A stretch of DNA of 64,000 nt from Thermoplasmata archaeon (lineage in GTDB: Archaea; Thermoplasmatota; Thermoplasmata; Lutacidiplasmatales; UBA184). Of this stretch, positions 1 through 9,311 are shown piece after piece; position 1 is the stretch's first letter; the number at the start of each line of letters is the position of its first letter. A program made the position numbers and the translations under genes. The stretch is taken from the NCBI GenBank assembly GCA_049675585.1, contig JBAUAJ010000168.1, positions 12,388-76,387 of the forward strand, in the 5' to 3' direction. Under the pieces are notes generated by a model. It did not search any database. It was not told the DNA's origin and was given only the letters and a program-made list of their open reading frames with translations.

Positions 1-276
1 CTGGTCGGTTCCTTTGGCCCAGAGCAGGGCGGTCACAACCGCGGTGTCGCCCCAGACACGAACGGTCTTTTCCGAGTCGTCCTGACGTTCGTAGACGATG
101 TGCCCGCCGCGCGCCTCCGCGAGGAGATCCGCCTTGGAAAACACTTTCCCTGGCCCCGTCACGAGAACGAAGTCATCGACGAGAATTCGTTCCATCGTGG
201 CGGCGTCGTTCCGGGAGACCGCCGCCTGATATTCATCGTCCAGTTTGGCCACGATCGTCTCCACGTCGCCCGTCAT
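1..276 (-). CDS. DUF4440 / SnoaL-like (NTF2-fold) domain protein, 3' end cut by window edge
   Basis: Absent from the ORF track because it runs off the edge. A reverse-strand ATG at 276..274 opens MTGDVETIVAKLDDEYQAAVSRNDAATMERILVDDFVLVTGPGKVFSKADLLAEARGGHIVYERQDD..., which matches the N-terminal pattern of DUF4440/NTF2-like proteins. It has strong G/C third-position bias. Confidence 0.5.
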   Translation of the reverse strand, partial: MTGDVETIVAKLDDEYQAAVSRNDAATMERILVDDFVLVTGPGKVFSKADLLAEARGGHIVYERQDDSEKTVRVWGDTAVVTALLWAKGTDQ

Positions 277-298
277 TCGAGGGGGATCCTTCGGGCAC

Positions 299-772
299 TC
301 AGGGAAGGGCGGCCCCGCAGCCCGCACAGAATCGGCCCGCCGCCGGATTCGCTCGACCGCACATCGGACAAAATTTAGTGCCGGGGAATCCCCCCGGGAA
401 CCCGGGGCCCCGCCCCGCGCCCGCCGTTTCCATTTCGGCGTCGCCCAGCTTGACGTAGGCGACGAGGTAGAGGATCCCGGAGATCAGCCCGATCGTGATC
501 AGCGAGAGAATGGCGAATACGAGGGTGGGGGTCCGCGCGGTCCGGAAATCTCCGGCGTCCACGGGGGCGTAGGAGAACAGGTAGACGAGAAGGACCCAGA
601 CGATGCCGAGCACCGCGAGGACGAGAATGACCGCTCCGACCACGGGAAACAAAAGGAAGACGAATCCCAGCCCGAAGAGGATCACGACCTCCACGACCTG
701 CAGAATGAGGCCGATGAGGATCAGCAGTTTTGCGGTCTCCCCAGATCCGCTCGTCGGCGGCGCCGCGTACAC
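299..772 (-). CDS. membrane protein with C-terminal zinc-ribbon tail
   Basis: ORF 299..847. The hydrophobic core is LLILIGLILQVVEVVILFGLGFVFLLFPVVGAVILVLAVLGIVWVLLVYLF, and the C-terminus carries CPMCG-x10-CAGCG. The start was set to GTG 772 because the only A/T island (TATTTAC 795-801) lies about 26 nt upstream. TTG 847 is the maximal alternative. Confidence 0.6.
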   Translation of the reverse strand: MYAAPPTSGSGETAKLLILIGLILQVVEVVILFGLGFVFLLFPVVGAVILVLAVLGIVWVLLVYLFSYAPVDAGDFRTARTPTLVFAILSLITIGLISGILYLVAYVKLGDAEMETAGAGRGPGFPGGFPGTKFCPMCGRANPAAGRFCAGCGAALP

Positions 773-1000
773 GGGGCCGGCAGTCGGCCGCGAGTATTTA
801 CCCGCGTTCGCTCCCTCTCGGGAACGGATCGACCCCTCCGACGACAATCGATTTTATCCCCGTGAAAAGTAGGCCCTCCACAGGGACACTATGCATCGGC
901 GCATCTCGACTCGGGCCACCTCGCCCCGCTCCCCACGAGCGGGTGAATCCGGGGGCCCGAGCGTACCGCAGGTGTCGGCTCACCGGGCGGGACCGGCGCC

Positions 1001-1990
1001 GTGAACTCGTCCCCCGTGGTCGCCCGGGCGACGGACCTGGGATTCGCCTACCGGCCCGGAGAGTTCGCGGTGCGCCACCTCGATCTCGAACTCCACCGGG
1101 GGGAGGTGTTCGGCCTGCTGGGTCGCAACGGCGCCGGCAAGACGACCACGGTACGCCTCCTGTCCACCCTGCTCATCCCATCGGAGGGATCCGGGGAGCT
1201 GTTCGGACGGGATCTGCTCCGATGCGGCCGCGCCGAGCGGGCGCGGATCGGCGTCGTGCTCCAGTCCGAGTCGCTCGACTTCGTCAGCGTGGAGCGCAAT
1301 CTGACGCTCTATGCGTTCCTGTGGAGCGTGCCGCGCGAGGTCGCCAAGAGCCGGGCGGAAGAGATGCTCGAACTGTTCGAGCTCGGGCACGTTCGGCATC
1401 GAAAGCCGTGGGCCCTGTCGGGGGGCGAACGGCGACGGTTCCAGGTCGCGCGGGAGCTGATGCACGATATGGAACTCCTGTTCCTGGACGAGCCGACCGT
1501 GGGGCTCGATGCCCTCACGCGCAAGCGGATCCTCGCGTACCTCTCGCGTCGCGCCCGCGACGGCCTGTCGATCGTCTTCACGACCCACATCCTCCACGAA
1601 GCGGACGAGCTCTGCGACCGGATCGGTATCCTGCAGGGAGGCCGGCTGCGCGCCATCGGAGCCCCGGAGGAGCTCAAGCGCGGGTACCGCGGCGCGCGGT
1701 TCGTGGAGGCGGAGTTCGACCGGCCCATCACTCCGGAGGAGGATAGGGATCTGGACGCGCTCCTAAAGCGGCAGAATCCGGAGTACGTCGAGGTGGCCCG
1801 GGGTTCCTCTCGCATCGAGTTCCGGGCACCGGATGCGGAAGGGCTGGTCGCGAGCCTCGCCGGCTGGGCGGCGTCGCGGGGGCTCAGGCTCCTGCGGATC
1901 GCGGTCCGGGAGCCGACCCTGGAGGAAGCGTTCGTCGACCTCGTCGCGGACGATTCGGGGATCACGGCCGAGTCGGAGGAGCTCTCGTGA
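1001..1990 (+). CDS. ABC transporter ATP-binding protein (ABC-2/DrrA-like)
   Basis: Walker A GRNGAGKTT, ABC signature LSGGERRR and Walker B LLFLDEPTVGLD are present. It has a GTG start. Its TGA overlaps the GTG of the downstream permease. Confidence 0.9.
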   Translation: MNSSPVVARATDLGFAYRPGEFAVRHLDLELHRGEVFGLLGRNGAGKTTTVRLLSTLLIPSEGSGELFGRDLLRCGRAERARIGVVLQSESLDFVSVERNLTLYAFLWSVPREVAKSRAEEMLELFELGHVRHRKPWALSGGERRRFQVARELMHDMELLFLDEPTVGLDALTRKRILAYLSRRARDGLSIVFTTHILHEADELCDRIGILQGGRLRAIGAPEELKRGYRGARFVEAEFDRPITPEEDRDLDALLKRQNPEYVEVARGSSRIEFRAPDAEGLVASLAGWAASRGLRLLRIAVREPTLEEAFVDLVADDSGITAESEELS

Positions 1991-2757
1991 AGCTCCCGCC
2001 GGTGCTCCGGCTCCTGGTCCGGAACTTCGTGTCGAACCTCGACATCATCACGCTGATCGTCATGTTCGGTCAGCCGGCGTTCCTGATCGTCGTGCTCGGC
2101 ACGATGTTCTCCCAGATCGTCGGGAACGTCGGCTCCTCGGGGTCGTACACGGCGTTCCTCGTCCCCGGAATGATCGCTTCGCAGATGATCACCGGGGCCG
2201 TTCTGGCCGGTCGCATCTTCTGGCTCGACCGCCGCTGGTCGATGGTGGAGCAGCTGTTCTCGGGGCCCTTTCGCCGCTACGAGTACCTCGCCGCCCTCCT
2301 CCTCACGACCCTGACGTTCGCGCTCGTGGGCGTCGGTCTGATGGCGCTCGTGGCCCTGCCCCTGGTCGGGCTCCCGCTCCTCTCGCCGTTCGAGCTCCTC
2401 CTCATCCTCGGTACGATCGGGCTCGGCGCCGTGTTCTTCGGAGGGCTCCTGATCGCGATCGGAGCGCGGATCCGGTCGGCGAACCTCTACTTCACGATCC
2501 AGTCGCTGCTGCAGTACTTCCTCGTGTTCATCTCGACCGTCTACTACCCGGTCACGTCGAAGACGCCCCTCCTGCTCCGGGCGATCGTCTACGCGAATCC
2601 GCTCACCTACGCCGCCAACACGGTGCGGGACGCGTTCACCCATCACTTCGGACCGGGCGACGCCATCGCCGCCGGGGTGCTCGCGGGTCTGTCCGCGATC
2701 ACGTTCACGCTCGCCGTGCTCTCGTTCCGGCGGCTCGATTTCGGGCCGGTCCAGTAG
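1987..2757 (+). CDS. ABC-2 type transporter permease
   Basis: 256 aa with about six hydrophobic helices. It is coupled to the ATPase gene by a GTGA start/stop overlap at 1987-1990. Confidence 0.85.
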   Translation: MKLPPVLRLLVRNFVSNLDIITLIVMFGQPAFLIVVLGTMFSQIVGNVGSSGSYTAFLVPGMIASQMITGAVLAGRIFWLDRRWSMVEQLFSGPFRRYEYLAALLLTTLTFALVGVGLMALVALPLVGLPLLSPFELLLILGTIGLGAVFFGGLLIAIGARIRSANLYFTIQSLLQYFLVFISTVYYPVTSKTPLLLRAIVYANPLTYAANTVRDAFTHHFGPGDAIAAGVLAGLSAITFTLAVLSFRRLDFGPVQ

Positions 2758-2801
2758 AGTCTTCCCGGGCGCGCGGTCCGCCGCTGGCCCGGCACCGCGA
2801 T

Positions 2802-4250
2802 CTACTCGATATTCTCCGGGGCGACCGCCGGGGGCGGCGGCGTCCGTCCCCGGATGACCGACGGGATCAGCGCGACCAGGATCAGCACCGCCGACACCGC
2901 GAAGATGAGATGGATCGCGCTCAGGAATCCGCTCCCGACGGCGGCCCCCCCGCTGCTGCGGGCCGTTCCGAGGAAGATCGACTGGATCTCGGCTCGAGAG
3001 AGCACCGAGCTCATGATGATCAGCGTCACCCCGAGGCTGATCGTCGCGCCGGTGTTGACGAAGGTCGTGCCGATCCCCGAGGCGACACCCCGCCGGTTGG
3101 GCGGTACCGCCGTCATCATCGCGGCTCGGTTCGGAGAAGCGAACAGCCCCATGCCCGACCCGACCAGCACGAGCGCGGGCGCGAGACCGAGGATCGACTC
3201 GTCGGGACCGATCGTGGCGAGCCAGAGGAATCCGGCGGCCGAGACGAGCAGCCCCGCCACCAGGAACGGCCGGGGACCGAATCGATCGGAGAGCCAGCCG
3301 CTGATCGGCCCGACCACGGCGAGGGCCGCCGAGGTCGGTATCAGGAATAATCCAGCCGTGAACGGGCTCAGGAATCGGGGCGGTCCCTGCAGGTAGAACA
3401 CGAGAATGAACGTGAACGCCCCCCGGGCCAGGGCGTTGAGGAGCGTGGCGATCGCCGATGTAGCGAACTGACGATTGCGGAACAGGCCGAGGTCGAGCAT
3501 CGGCGATCGTTCCCTCCGCTCGACGAGGACGAACCCGCCGAGCAGCGCCCCCCCGAGCACGCCCGTGGGGAGGGCGATCGGGGTCGGGAGCTGGCCGAGG
3601 GCACCGAGCGTGATCGCGAACAGGATGAGCGTGAGCCCCGCGGCGAACAGGATGTTCCCGAGCCAGTCGATCTGCGGGGCGGACTCGGGTTTGGCAATCT
3701 CGCGGAGGTCGGCGCGCGCCCGGATCGTGGCGATCAGGCCGATCGGCACGTTGACGAAGAAGATCCATCGCCAGCCGATCGTCGAGGTGATGACGCCGCC
3801 GAGCACGAGGCCGGCGACCGCGCCACCGACGATCGAGACCTGGTTGATCCCGAGCGCCCGGCCCCGCTCGTTCGGCGGGAACGCATCGGTGATGATCGCG
3901 GCCGAGTTCGAGAACAGGAAGCCGGCGCCGATCGCCTGAACGAGCCGGAAGGAGACCAGCTCGATGCCGGTCTGAGAGAATCCGCAGAGCGCCGACCCGA
4001 GCGTGAAGATGGCGAACCCGAGGATGTAGAGCCGCACCCGCCCGAACATGTCCGAGAGGCGGCCGAAGTTCAGCAGCACGACCGCCGTGACGAGGGAATA
4101 GCCGAGCAGGATCCACAGGAGCAGGGTCGCGCTCGTCCCCGGGAGCTGCCGTCCGATCGACGGGAGGGCGATCAGCACGATGTTCGTGTCGATCGACGCC
4201 ATCAGGGTGGCGATCGTGGTGTTCGAGAGGACTCGCCACTTGTACTCCAA
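2802..4250 (-). CDS. MFS transporter (DHA2/EmrB-like, about 14 TMS)
   Basis: 482 aa. The N-terminus LSNTTIATLMASIDTNIVLIALPSIGRQL is typical of DHA2 drug:H+ antiporters, and hydrophobic segments run throughout. Confidence 0.85.
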   Translation of the reverse strand: MEYKWRVLSNTTIATLMASIDTNIVLIALPSIGRQLPGTSATLLLWILLGYSLVTAVVLLNFGRLSDMFGRVRLYILGFAIFTLGSALCGFSQTGIELVSFRLVQAIGAGFLFSNSAAIITDAFPPNERGRALGINQVSIVGGAVAGLVLGGVITSTIGWRWIFFVNVPIGLIATIRARADLREIAKPESAPQIDWLGNILFAAGLTLILFAITLGALGQLPTPIALPTGVLGGALLGGFVLVERRERSPMLDLGLFRNRQFATSAIATLLNALARGAFTFILVFYLQGPPRFLSPFTAGLFLIPTSAALAVVGPISGWLSDRFGPRPFLVAGLLVSAAGFLWLATIGPDESILGLAPALVLVGSGMGLFASPNRAAMMTAVPPNRRGVASGIGTTFVNTGATISLGVTLIIMSSVLSRAEIQSIFLGTARSSGGAAVGSGFLSAIHLIFAVSAVLILVALIPSVIRGRTPPPPAVAPENIE

Positions 4251-4376
4251 CGAACCCCTCCTACGCCGAACGCTCGGTCGGAGACCGCGGCGTCGGCCGG
4301 TGGTGCCCCCGGGCGCGCCCCCGGGCTCGGCCGATGGTCATCCCTCGATCCCTGAATCCGGCGACCCGCGGAGCGT

Positions 4377-4820
4377 TCACCCGAGCGGGGGTCCCTGGGA
4401 CTGGCTGCCGGCGATCTCGGCGGTGACGCGGTCGATGTACTGGCGGAATATGGCGATGAGGTGGCGCGACGAGATCACTCCGACGACCTGGTCGCCCGAA
4501 CGGACGACCATCCGGCGCACTCCCAGGTTGGCCATCCGGGAGGCGACCTCGTCGGTCGGGGTATCCGGCGCGCACGACTGAACATGCGGCGAAGCGATCT
4601 CGCGCAAGGGAACCGTCTTCGGATCCTTCCCCGGTGCGACGATCTTCTCGAGGTAATCCCACTCCGTGACGATCCCCGAGATCGTCGCGGCGCTCCCGTG
4701 GGTGGCGATCGCGTAGCCCTTCCGAGCCGCGACCATCCGCCGCGCGCACGTGAGCGCGTCCACCTCCTCGTCGATCGTGAGGAGGTCCTTTTCCATGATG
4801 TCCTTCGCCAAGAGGACCAT
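4377..4820 (-). CDS. CBS domain-pair protein
   Basis: 147 aa containing two CBS repeats (DIMEKDLLTIDEEV..., VRRMVVRSGDQVVGVISSRHL). An A/T island (ATTATGA, 4841-4847) lies about 25 nt upstream of the ATG. Confidence 0.85.
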   Translation of the reverse strand: MVLLAKDIMEKDLLTIDEEVDALTCARRMVAARKGYAIATHGSAATISGIVTEWDYLEKIVAPGKDPKTVPLREIASPHVQSCAPDTPTDEVASRMANLGVRRMVVRSGDQVVGVISSRHLIAIFRQYIDRVTAEIAGSQSQGPPLG

Positions 4821-4887
4821 GCACGGCGAACCCGTTCGCGATTATGAGAGTGGCCCTCGGCGGCGCCGCGGGCCGGGTGCCGGAGGT

Positions 4888-5946
4888 TCAGAGTCGGCTT
4901 CCCCAGGTCGTCCGGTCGAGCAGGTCCTGATCCGTTGCCCGTATTCCTTCCTCTAGGTCGGCGGCGGCCAGCCGATCCACCGGCCCGCGCCGGGCCACGG
5001 CCAGCACCTGGGCGCGGGAAGTCGCGAGGGCTCCGATCCGACGCAGCTCCGCGGCGATCCACTCCTCGACATCCCCGTCCGGTCGTTCGAGCATGAGCAG
5101 GTGGATCGAGCCGAAGAGCGCGTCCCGTTCGAGCCAGTAGCGTAGGTACCCTCGGAGCATCCGGTCGGCGGCTTCCGAGCACGCGGGAGGACGAGACGGT
5201 GCAGGGAAGACGCCCAGGGATCGACCCGATCCACCGGCTTCCCGGAGCTCCATGAGCTCCCACCCTCCGAGCGCGGAGGCGAATGCGAGCGGGCCGGGAT
5301 GTCCCGCCCACACGAGAGGCAGCAGCTCCACCCCCTCGTCGGCCGAGGGTGGGTCCTCGGAAGGAAAATCGGCGGTAGTGGGCACGGGGATCCGCGAACG
5401 GAGATGCTCCCGCACCTCCTCCTCTTCGATCCATCGCCCCTCCGCCTCGAGGGCTCGGACGATCCGTCGCCGCCGACGCTCGCCGGCGGCGAGGAGGGGT
5501 CGGGCGTGCGCTTCGGCTCGCGCCCGCACGGCCTCGATCTCGTCGGCGAATCCAGGGTCGATCGACAGACCTCTCGTCCCGGGGAACCCTTCCAACGACG
5601 TCAGCTCGACCCCCGGGCAGGTGAGCACCGCGGTCACCTGGACCCGGAGCCCGGCGTGCGCGGTCAGCGGGAACTCTCGGCAAACGGACGGGCGCGCGGC
5701 GTGGCCACGGCAGCGGCTGCCCTGCAAGAGGGTGCACGCGCCTCCCTCGGGGCGGGAGGCGAGGTACTCCTCGCGACCCCGGTGGACGAAATCGGGCTGC
5801 AGACGCAGCTGAAGGAGGGCCGGTTTTTCCGACGACTCGAGATGGGGCTCGGCAAAGCAGCAGAGGCCACAGTCCGGCCGACAGGCGTACCGGAATCCCG
5901 CGAGCAGGGCCGTGTCGATCACCGGGGCGTCGCTCGATATCTTCAC
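4888..5946 (-). CDS. YkgJ-family (UPF0153) cysteine-cluster protein, long form
   Basis: The N-terminal CRPDCGLCC (CxxCGxCC) motif and a later C-x...-C cluster are characteristic of the YkgJ/Fe-S-or-zinc cluster family. It has a GTG start. The 352-aa length exceeds that of most family members. Confidence 0.6.
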   Translation of the reverse strand: MKISSDAPVIDTALLAGFRYACRPDCGLCCFAEPHLESSEKPALLQLRLQPDFVHRGREEYLASRPEGGACTLLQGSRCRGHAARPSVCREFPLTAHAGLRVQVTAVLTCPGVELTSLEGFPGTRGLSIDPGFADEIEAVRARAEAHARPLLAAGERRRRRIVRALEAEGRWIEEEEVREHLRSRIPVPTTADFPSEDPPSADEGVELLPLVWAGHPGPLAFASALGGWELMELREAGGSGRSLGVFPAPSRPPACSEAADRMLRGYLRYWLERDALFGSIHLLMLERPDGDVEEWIAAELRRIGALATSRAQVLAVARRGPVDRLAAADLEEGIRATDQDLLDRTTWGSRL

Positions 5947-6025
5947 GGCAGCCCGCTTCCCGACGAACCCCCGCTATTAATCGCGTGTCTTCGAACGCTT
6001 CGGTGTCCCGCCCGGGACCTACGGA

Positions 6026-7273
6026 TCAGTCGGTGGCGGTCGCGTCGTCGCTCCGGACCCGAGGAAAACGAAACCCGAGCGAGCGTTCGAGATCTCCGAT
6101 GAGCCGGTCCTCGTCGGCCGTATCCCACGGGGATCGCTCCAGACGGTCTGACTCCGTCCAGCCTTCCGGAGCCGTGTAGCCGGTCTCCTCGAAGAATTCC
6201 GCCCGCCAGGCCGTCGGAACCGGCGTGCGGGAGTCGGGCGCCGAAAGCCCCGCGACGAGTCGTCCGGCGCGAGCCAGCACCCGGGAGACCGACTCCGCCC
6301 GGTAGCCGCCCCCGCCGGTGACCAGCAGCCGCCCGCCGCAGTACTCCTGCGCGAGCGCGATCGTCGTCCGGTCGATTTCGGCGTAGGCCCCGGCGGTGTA
6401 CTGGAGCTGCGCGAGGGGATCGCCCGCGTGACCGTCGACCCCGTGCTGGAGAACGATCATCTCCGGACGGAATCGCTCGATCAGCGCCGGGACGACCCGG
6501 TGGAAGAGGGGGAGCAGCGCCTCGTCCCCCGCCCCCGGGGGGAGCGGCAGATTCACCTTGAGGCCCGCCCCGTCTCCGCCCCCCGCCTCGGACGGGAACC
6601 CGGTTCCGGGAAAAAGGGTCCGGCCGTCCTGGTGAAAATCGATGTCCAGCAAGCGACCCGAGCGGTAGAAACCGTACATCACCCCGTCCCCGTGGTGGGC
6701 GTCGATGTCGAGGTAGGCGATCCTTCGGCCGGAGGACAGGTGGCTCGCGATCGCGACCGCGAGGTCGTTGAAGATGCAGAACCCGCTCGCCCGGCCCGGA
6801 CCGGCATGGTGCAGTCCGCCCGCTGGGTGGAACGCCGGGCGTCGGTGTTCCCAGACGAGCTCGGCGGCTCGGACCGCCCCGCCGACCAGTCGGGCGGCCG
6901 CATCGTAACACCCGGGCCGACCCGGTGTGTCGCCGCGGTCGAGGTACACCGTCTCGGTGCCGTTGCCGACTCGTCGGACCCGATCGATGTAGGCGGCCTC
7001 GTGAAACCGTTCGAGCACGCGGGGCTCCGCTGGCTCGACCGACCGGATCCACTCGATCGCTTCGGACTCCCCGGACTCCAGCGACAGTTCGAGCAGTCGC
7101 ACCGCCAACCCGCGGGACGACTCCGTGAACGGATGATCGGCTCCAAAGTCGTAGGAGCGAAAGGCAGTGTCCCAGACGACGGTCGCCCGCGTCGGAGCCC
7201 GGGTGCGATGGGGACGAACCGGGGACCCGCTTCCGTCCGGCGCCCTGCCCGGCCGTCGGGCCGCATCCTCCAC
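6026..7273 (-). CDS. histone deacetylase-family (class I/II HDAC, AcuC-like) lysine/polyamine deacetylase
   Basis: HDAC catalytic motifs are present: FHPAGGLHHAGPGRASGFCIFNDLAVAI and YLDIDAHHGDGV. The N-terminal roughly 30 aa may be an over-extension. Confidence 0.85.
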   Translation of the reverse strand: MEDAARRPGRAPDGSGSPVRPHRTRAPTRATVVWDTAFRSYDFGADHPFTESSRGLAVRLLELSLESGESEAIEWIRSVEPAEPRVLERFHEAAYIDRVRRVGNGTETVYLDRGDTPGRPGCYDAAARLVGGAVRAAELVWEHRRPAFHPAGGLHHAGPGRASGFCIFNDLAVAIASHLSSGRRIAYLDIDAHHGDGVMYGFYRSGRLLDIDFHQDGRTLFPGTGFPSEAGGGDGAGLKVNLPLPPGAGDEALLPLFHRVVPALIERFRPEMIVLQHGVDGHAGDPLAQLQYTAGAYAEIDRTTIALAQEYCGGRLLVTGGGGYRAESVSRVLARAGRLVAGLSAPDSRTPVPTAWRAEFFEETGYTAPEGWTESDRLERSPWDTADEDRLIGDLERSLGFRFPRVRSDDATATD

Positions 7274-7363
7274 GGCACGCCAGCGAGCCCGCGGTTATCT
7301 CGTTCGCCCGGCGGCCCCAGAAGCCATTATCCGTCCGGCCGGGTCGACCGCCGCGGGTCGGCG

Positions 7364-7588
7364 ATGGCGATCGAGGACGAACTCTCGGGGAACGCGGTCA
7401 AAGTGTACAAGGTGATGAAGGACCAGGCGTGGACCTCCGAAGAGAAGATGGGGACCGCCGAGCGACTGACGATGACGGTGAAGCTCCCGAAGACGATGGT
7501 GATGAATGCGCTTCAGGAACTCCAGACGAAAGGCTGGGTGCGTCGCAAGGTCCGCGAAAAGGCGGCCGGCTACTACCTTACGAAGTAG
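7364..7588 (+). CDS. small Lys-rich winged-helix protein (74 aa)
   Basis: This is the 3' part of track ORF 6428..7588, starting at the internal ATG 7364: MAIEDELSGNAVKVYKVMKDQAWTSEEKMGTAERLTMTVKLPKTMVMNALQELQTKGWVRRKVREKAAGYYLTK. It has a wHTH-like pattern ending in a basic wing, and by eye its GC is lower than that of neighbouring genes. Confidence 0.5.
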   Translation: MAIEDELSGNAVKVYKVMKDQAWTSEEKMGTAERLTMTVKLPKTMVMNALQELQTKGWVRRKVREKAAGYYLTK

Positions 7589-8546
7589 GCGGTCCGGAGC
7601 CGGCAGGTCCCGGCTGCGCCCAAACCTTCTCGACCAGCCGGCACGTAGAGCGTAGTGTCACTTCGGTGACCGCGCTGACTCGCGCGACCTGCGCCCGCGA
7701 TCGGTGCTCTCCGTTGCGCTCGGCGGCGAGGTAGATGAGCGCCGCGACGAGCCCATGGGGGCTGAGCCCCGACAGCTCGGCGTCGTCGCGGGCCGTATCG
7801 AGCATCCCCTCGACCGTGGAACGGACCTTCGGGGAGAGGGCCAGCTCCTGCGCGTACCGGGTCAGGAACGCCTTCGTGCCCACCCCCGGCACCGTGACGA
7901 CCCCGCAGCGCTGCACCATCTTGAACGTCCGTCCGACGTCGGATCGGCGGCCGCCGACGGCGGTCGTGACCTCGCCGAGCGTCCGAGGGATCGTGAACCG
8001 TCGACAGGCGGCGTAGATCGCCGCGCCGACGCAGGCCGACAGACCGCGGCCCCGGAAGACTCCGGCCCGCTTCGCGTCCGCGAAGATCCGTTCCGCCTCC
8101 GTCCCGACGATATCCGGGAGGCCCAGCCGGTGGGTCGCTTGGACGATCTCTCCGCGAGCCGGGGACCGGTCGAGCGGGCCGTCCACCGCCCGCGCCGTCT
8201 GGCGCTGCATCACCCGCTTCAGGTGCTGGAACTCGTAGCGACGCCGCCAGCCAAGGCGACGACCCTGGCCGTCCCGGGAGAGCGAGAGAGTGCTACCGAG
8301 CGAGCGCTTGACGCCGCCCGGCCGAACGAACGGCCCGATGCCCCGTCCGCTCCCCTCCGCAGTCGCGCTCGCGACCGGGGGCGGAGGGCTTTCGAGGACG
8401 GAACCGTCATCGAACACGAGGCCGCACTCGGCGCAATGGGTCTCGGCGAGCACCGGGTCCACGATCCGGTGCGTGCTCCGGCACATGGGGCACGGGGGGG
8501 CGATTGGAGACCCCTGCGGGGGGGCCGGAGACCCGGTCTCGGCCAC
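7578..8546 (-). CDS. tfb: transcription initiation factor IIB (TFB)
   Basis: It has an N-terminal zinc ribbon (CPMC-x13-CAEC) followed by two cyclin-like repeats (GRGLSACVGAAIYAACRRF..., GLSPHGLVAALIYLAAERNG). The start was set to GTG 8546, 27 nt downstream of the TTAATAT box. The track ORF to 8939 is an upstream over-extension. Confidence 0.9.
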   Translation of the reverse strand: MAETGSPAPPQGSPIAPPCPMCRSTHRIVDPVLAETHCAECGLVFDDGSVLESPPPPVASATAEGSGRGIGPFVRPGGVKRSLGSTLSLSRDGQGRRLGWRRRYEFQHLKRVMQRQTARAVDGPLDRSPARGEIVQATHRLGLPDIVGTEAERIFADAKRAGVFRGRGLSACVGAAIYAACRRFTIPRTLGEVTTAVGGRRSDVGRTFKMVQRCGVVTVPGVGTKAFLTRYAQELALSPKVRSTVEGMLDTARDDAELSGLSPHGLVAALIYLAAERNGEHRSRAQVARVSAVTEVTLRSTCRLVEKVWAQPGPAGSGPPTS

Positions 8547-8569
8547 GATACCGGCTTTGGCGGGAAGGG

Positions 8570-8576
8570 ATATTAA
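8570..8576. promoter_or_regulatory. single A/T island (ATATTAA) shared by divergent tfb and membrane-protein genes
   Basis: This is the only A/T-rich element in the 63-nt gap. It lies 27 nt from the tfb GTG (8546, minus strand) and 37 nt from GTG 8610 (plus strand). Confidence 0.5.
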
Positions 8577-8609
8577 GATGAGTCCAGGCCCTATGACCCG
8601 TTTCACGCC

Positions 8610-9311
8610 GTGCGCCCCCTCCGGGGCGTATATGTGGAGTGGCGCAGTCGGGTCCTCCCGTTGAGGACTGGACTCCTGGCGGTCGGGGCCGCCATGGCGC
8701 TTGTCGGCGCGGGCGTGATGATCGCGGTGACGATGCCGGTCGGAACCTCGCAAGAGTCGAAAACCGATCGCAGCTGGGTGCTCCCGGTGGACCCGGACAA
8801 CTGGGCTACTTACAATGTTCCTGCTGCGGCCGAGATGCATGCCGCAATTTCCTTTAGCTGGAATACCAGTCGAGCGGTCGAAGTCGATTGGTACGTCGCG
8901 GGCCCCTGCCCCACCGACCCGGCCAGCTGGTGTCTCCACGGCGTACTAAAGTCGTGGTCGGGGAGCACGAGTGGGAACTGGACCACCACGGGACCGACGT
9001 CGAGCGGCTACTGCGTGCAGGTCGTCAATGAGAACGGTAGCGAGTCGGTCAGCTTTTCTGGTGAGTTTGTCGAGTCGTACCCTGCGCCGTCGCATCACCT
9101 CCCGATGCTTCCGCTGGCGTTCGGGATCGGAGGCGGCGCTCTGTTGATCGGCATGGGCGGCCTCGCCATCTATCTCGGGGTGTTCCTCCCCCCGGGCGTC
9201 TATCGTAGTTCCCCCGAGGGTAGCCCGGGCGACGATCCGGACGAACCGTACGACGACCGCACCGAGCGGCCGTTGGACGGCGGCCGGAACGGTCCCCCCG
9301 GTGCTCACTGA
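8610..9311 (+). CDS. hypothetical bitopic membrane protein (N- and C-terminal TM helices, Cys-containing extracytoplasmic domain)
   Basis: 233 aa. TM1 is LLAVGAAMALVGAGVMIAV and TM2 is LPMLPLAFGIGGGALLIGMGGLAIYLGVFL, followed by an acidic, Pro-rich tail. I recognise no family. It is divergent from tfb. It has more A/T-ending codons than its neighbours. Confidence 0.55.
   Translation: MRPLRGVYVEWRSRVLPLRTGLLAVGAAMALVGAGVMIAVTMPVGTSQESKTDRSWVLPVDPDNWATYNVPAAAEMHAAISFSWNTSRAVEVDWYVAGPCPTDPASWCLHGVLKSWSGSTSGNWTTTGPTSSGYCVQVVNENGSESVSFSGEFVESYPAPSHHLPMLPLAFGIGGGALLIGMGGLAIYLGVFLPPGVYRSSPEGSPGDDPDEPYDDRTERPLDGGRNGPPGAH

Noticed and set aside
1309-4239. 976-aa minus-strand ORF overlapping the ABC transporter and MFS genes
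   Set aside because: The same shadow-ORF signature applies. It partly shares a strand with the MFS gene but in the wrong frame, and it is antisense to the ABC genes. No domain motifs are present.
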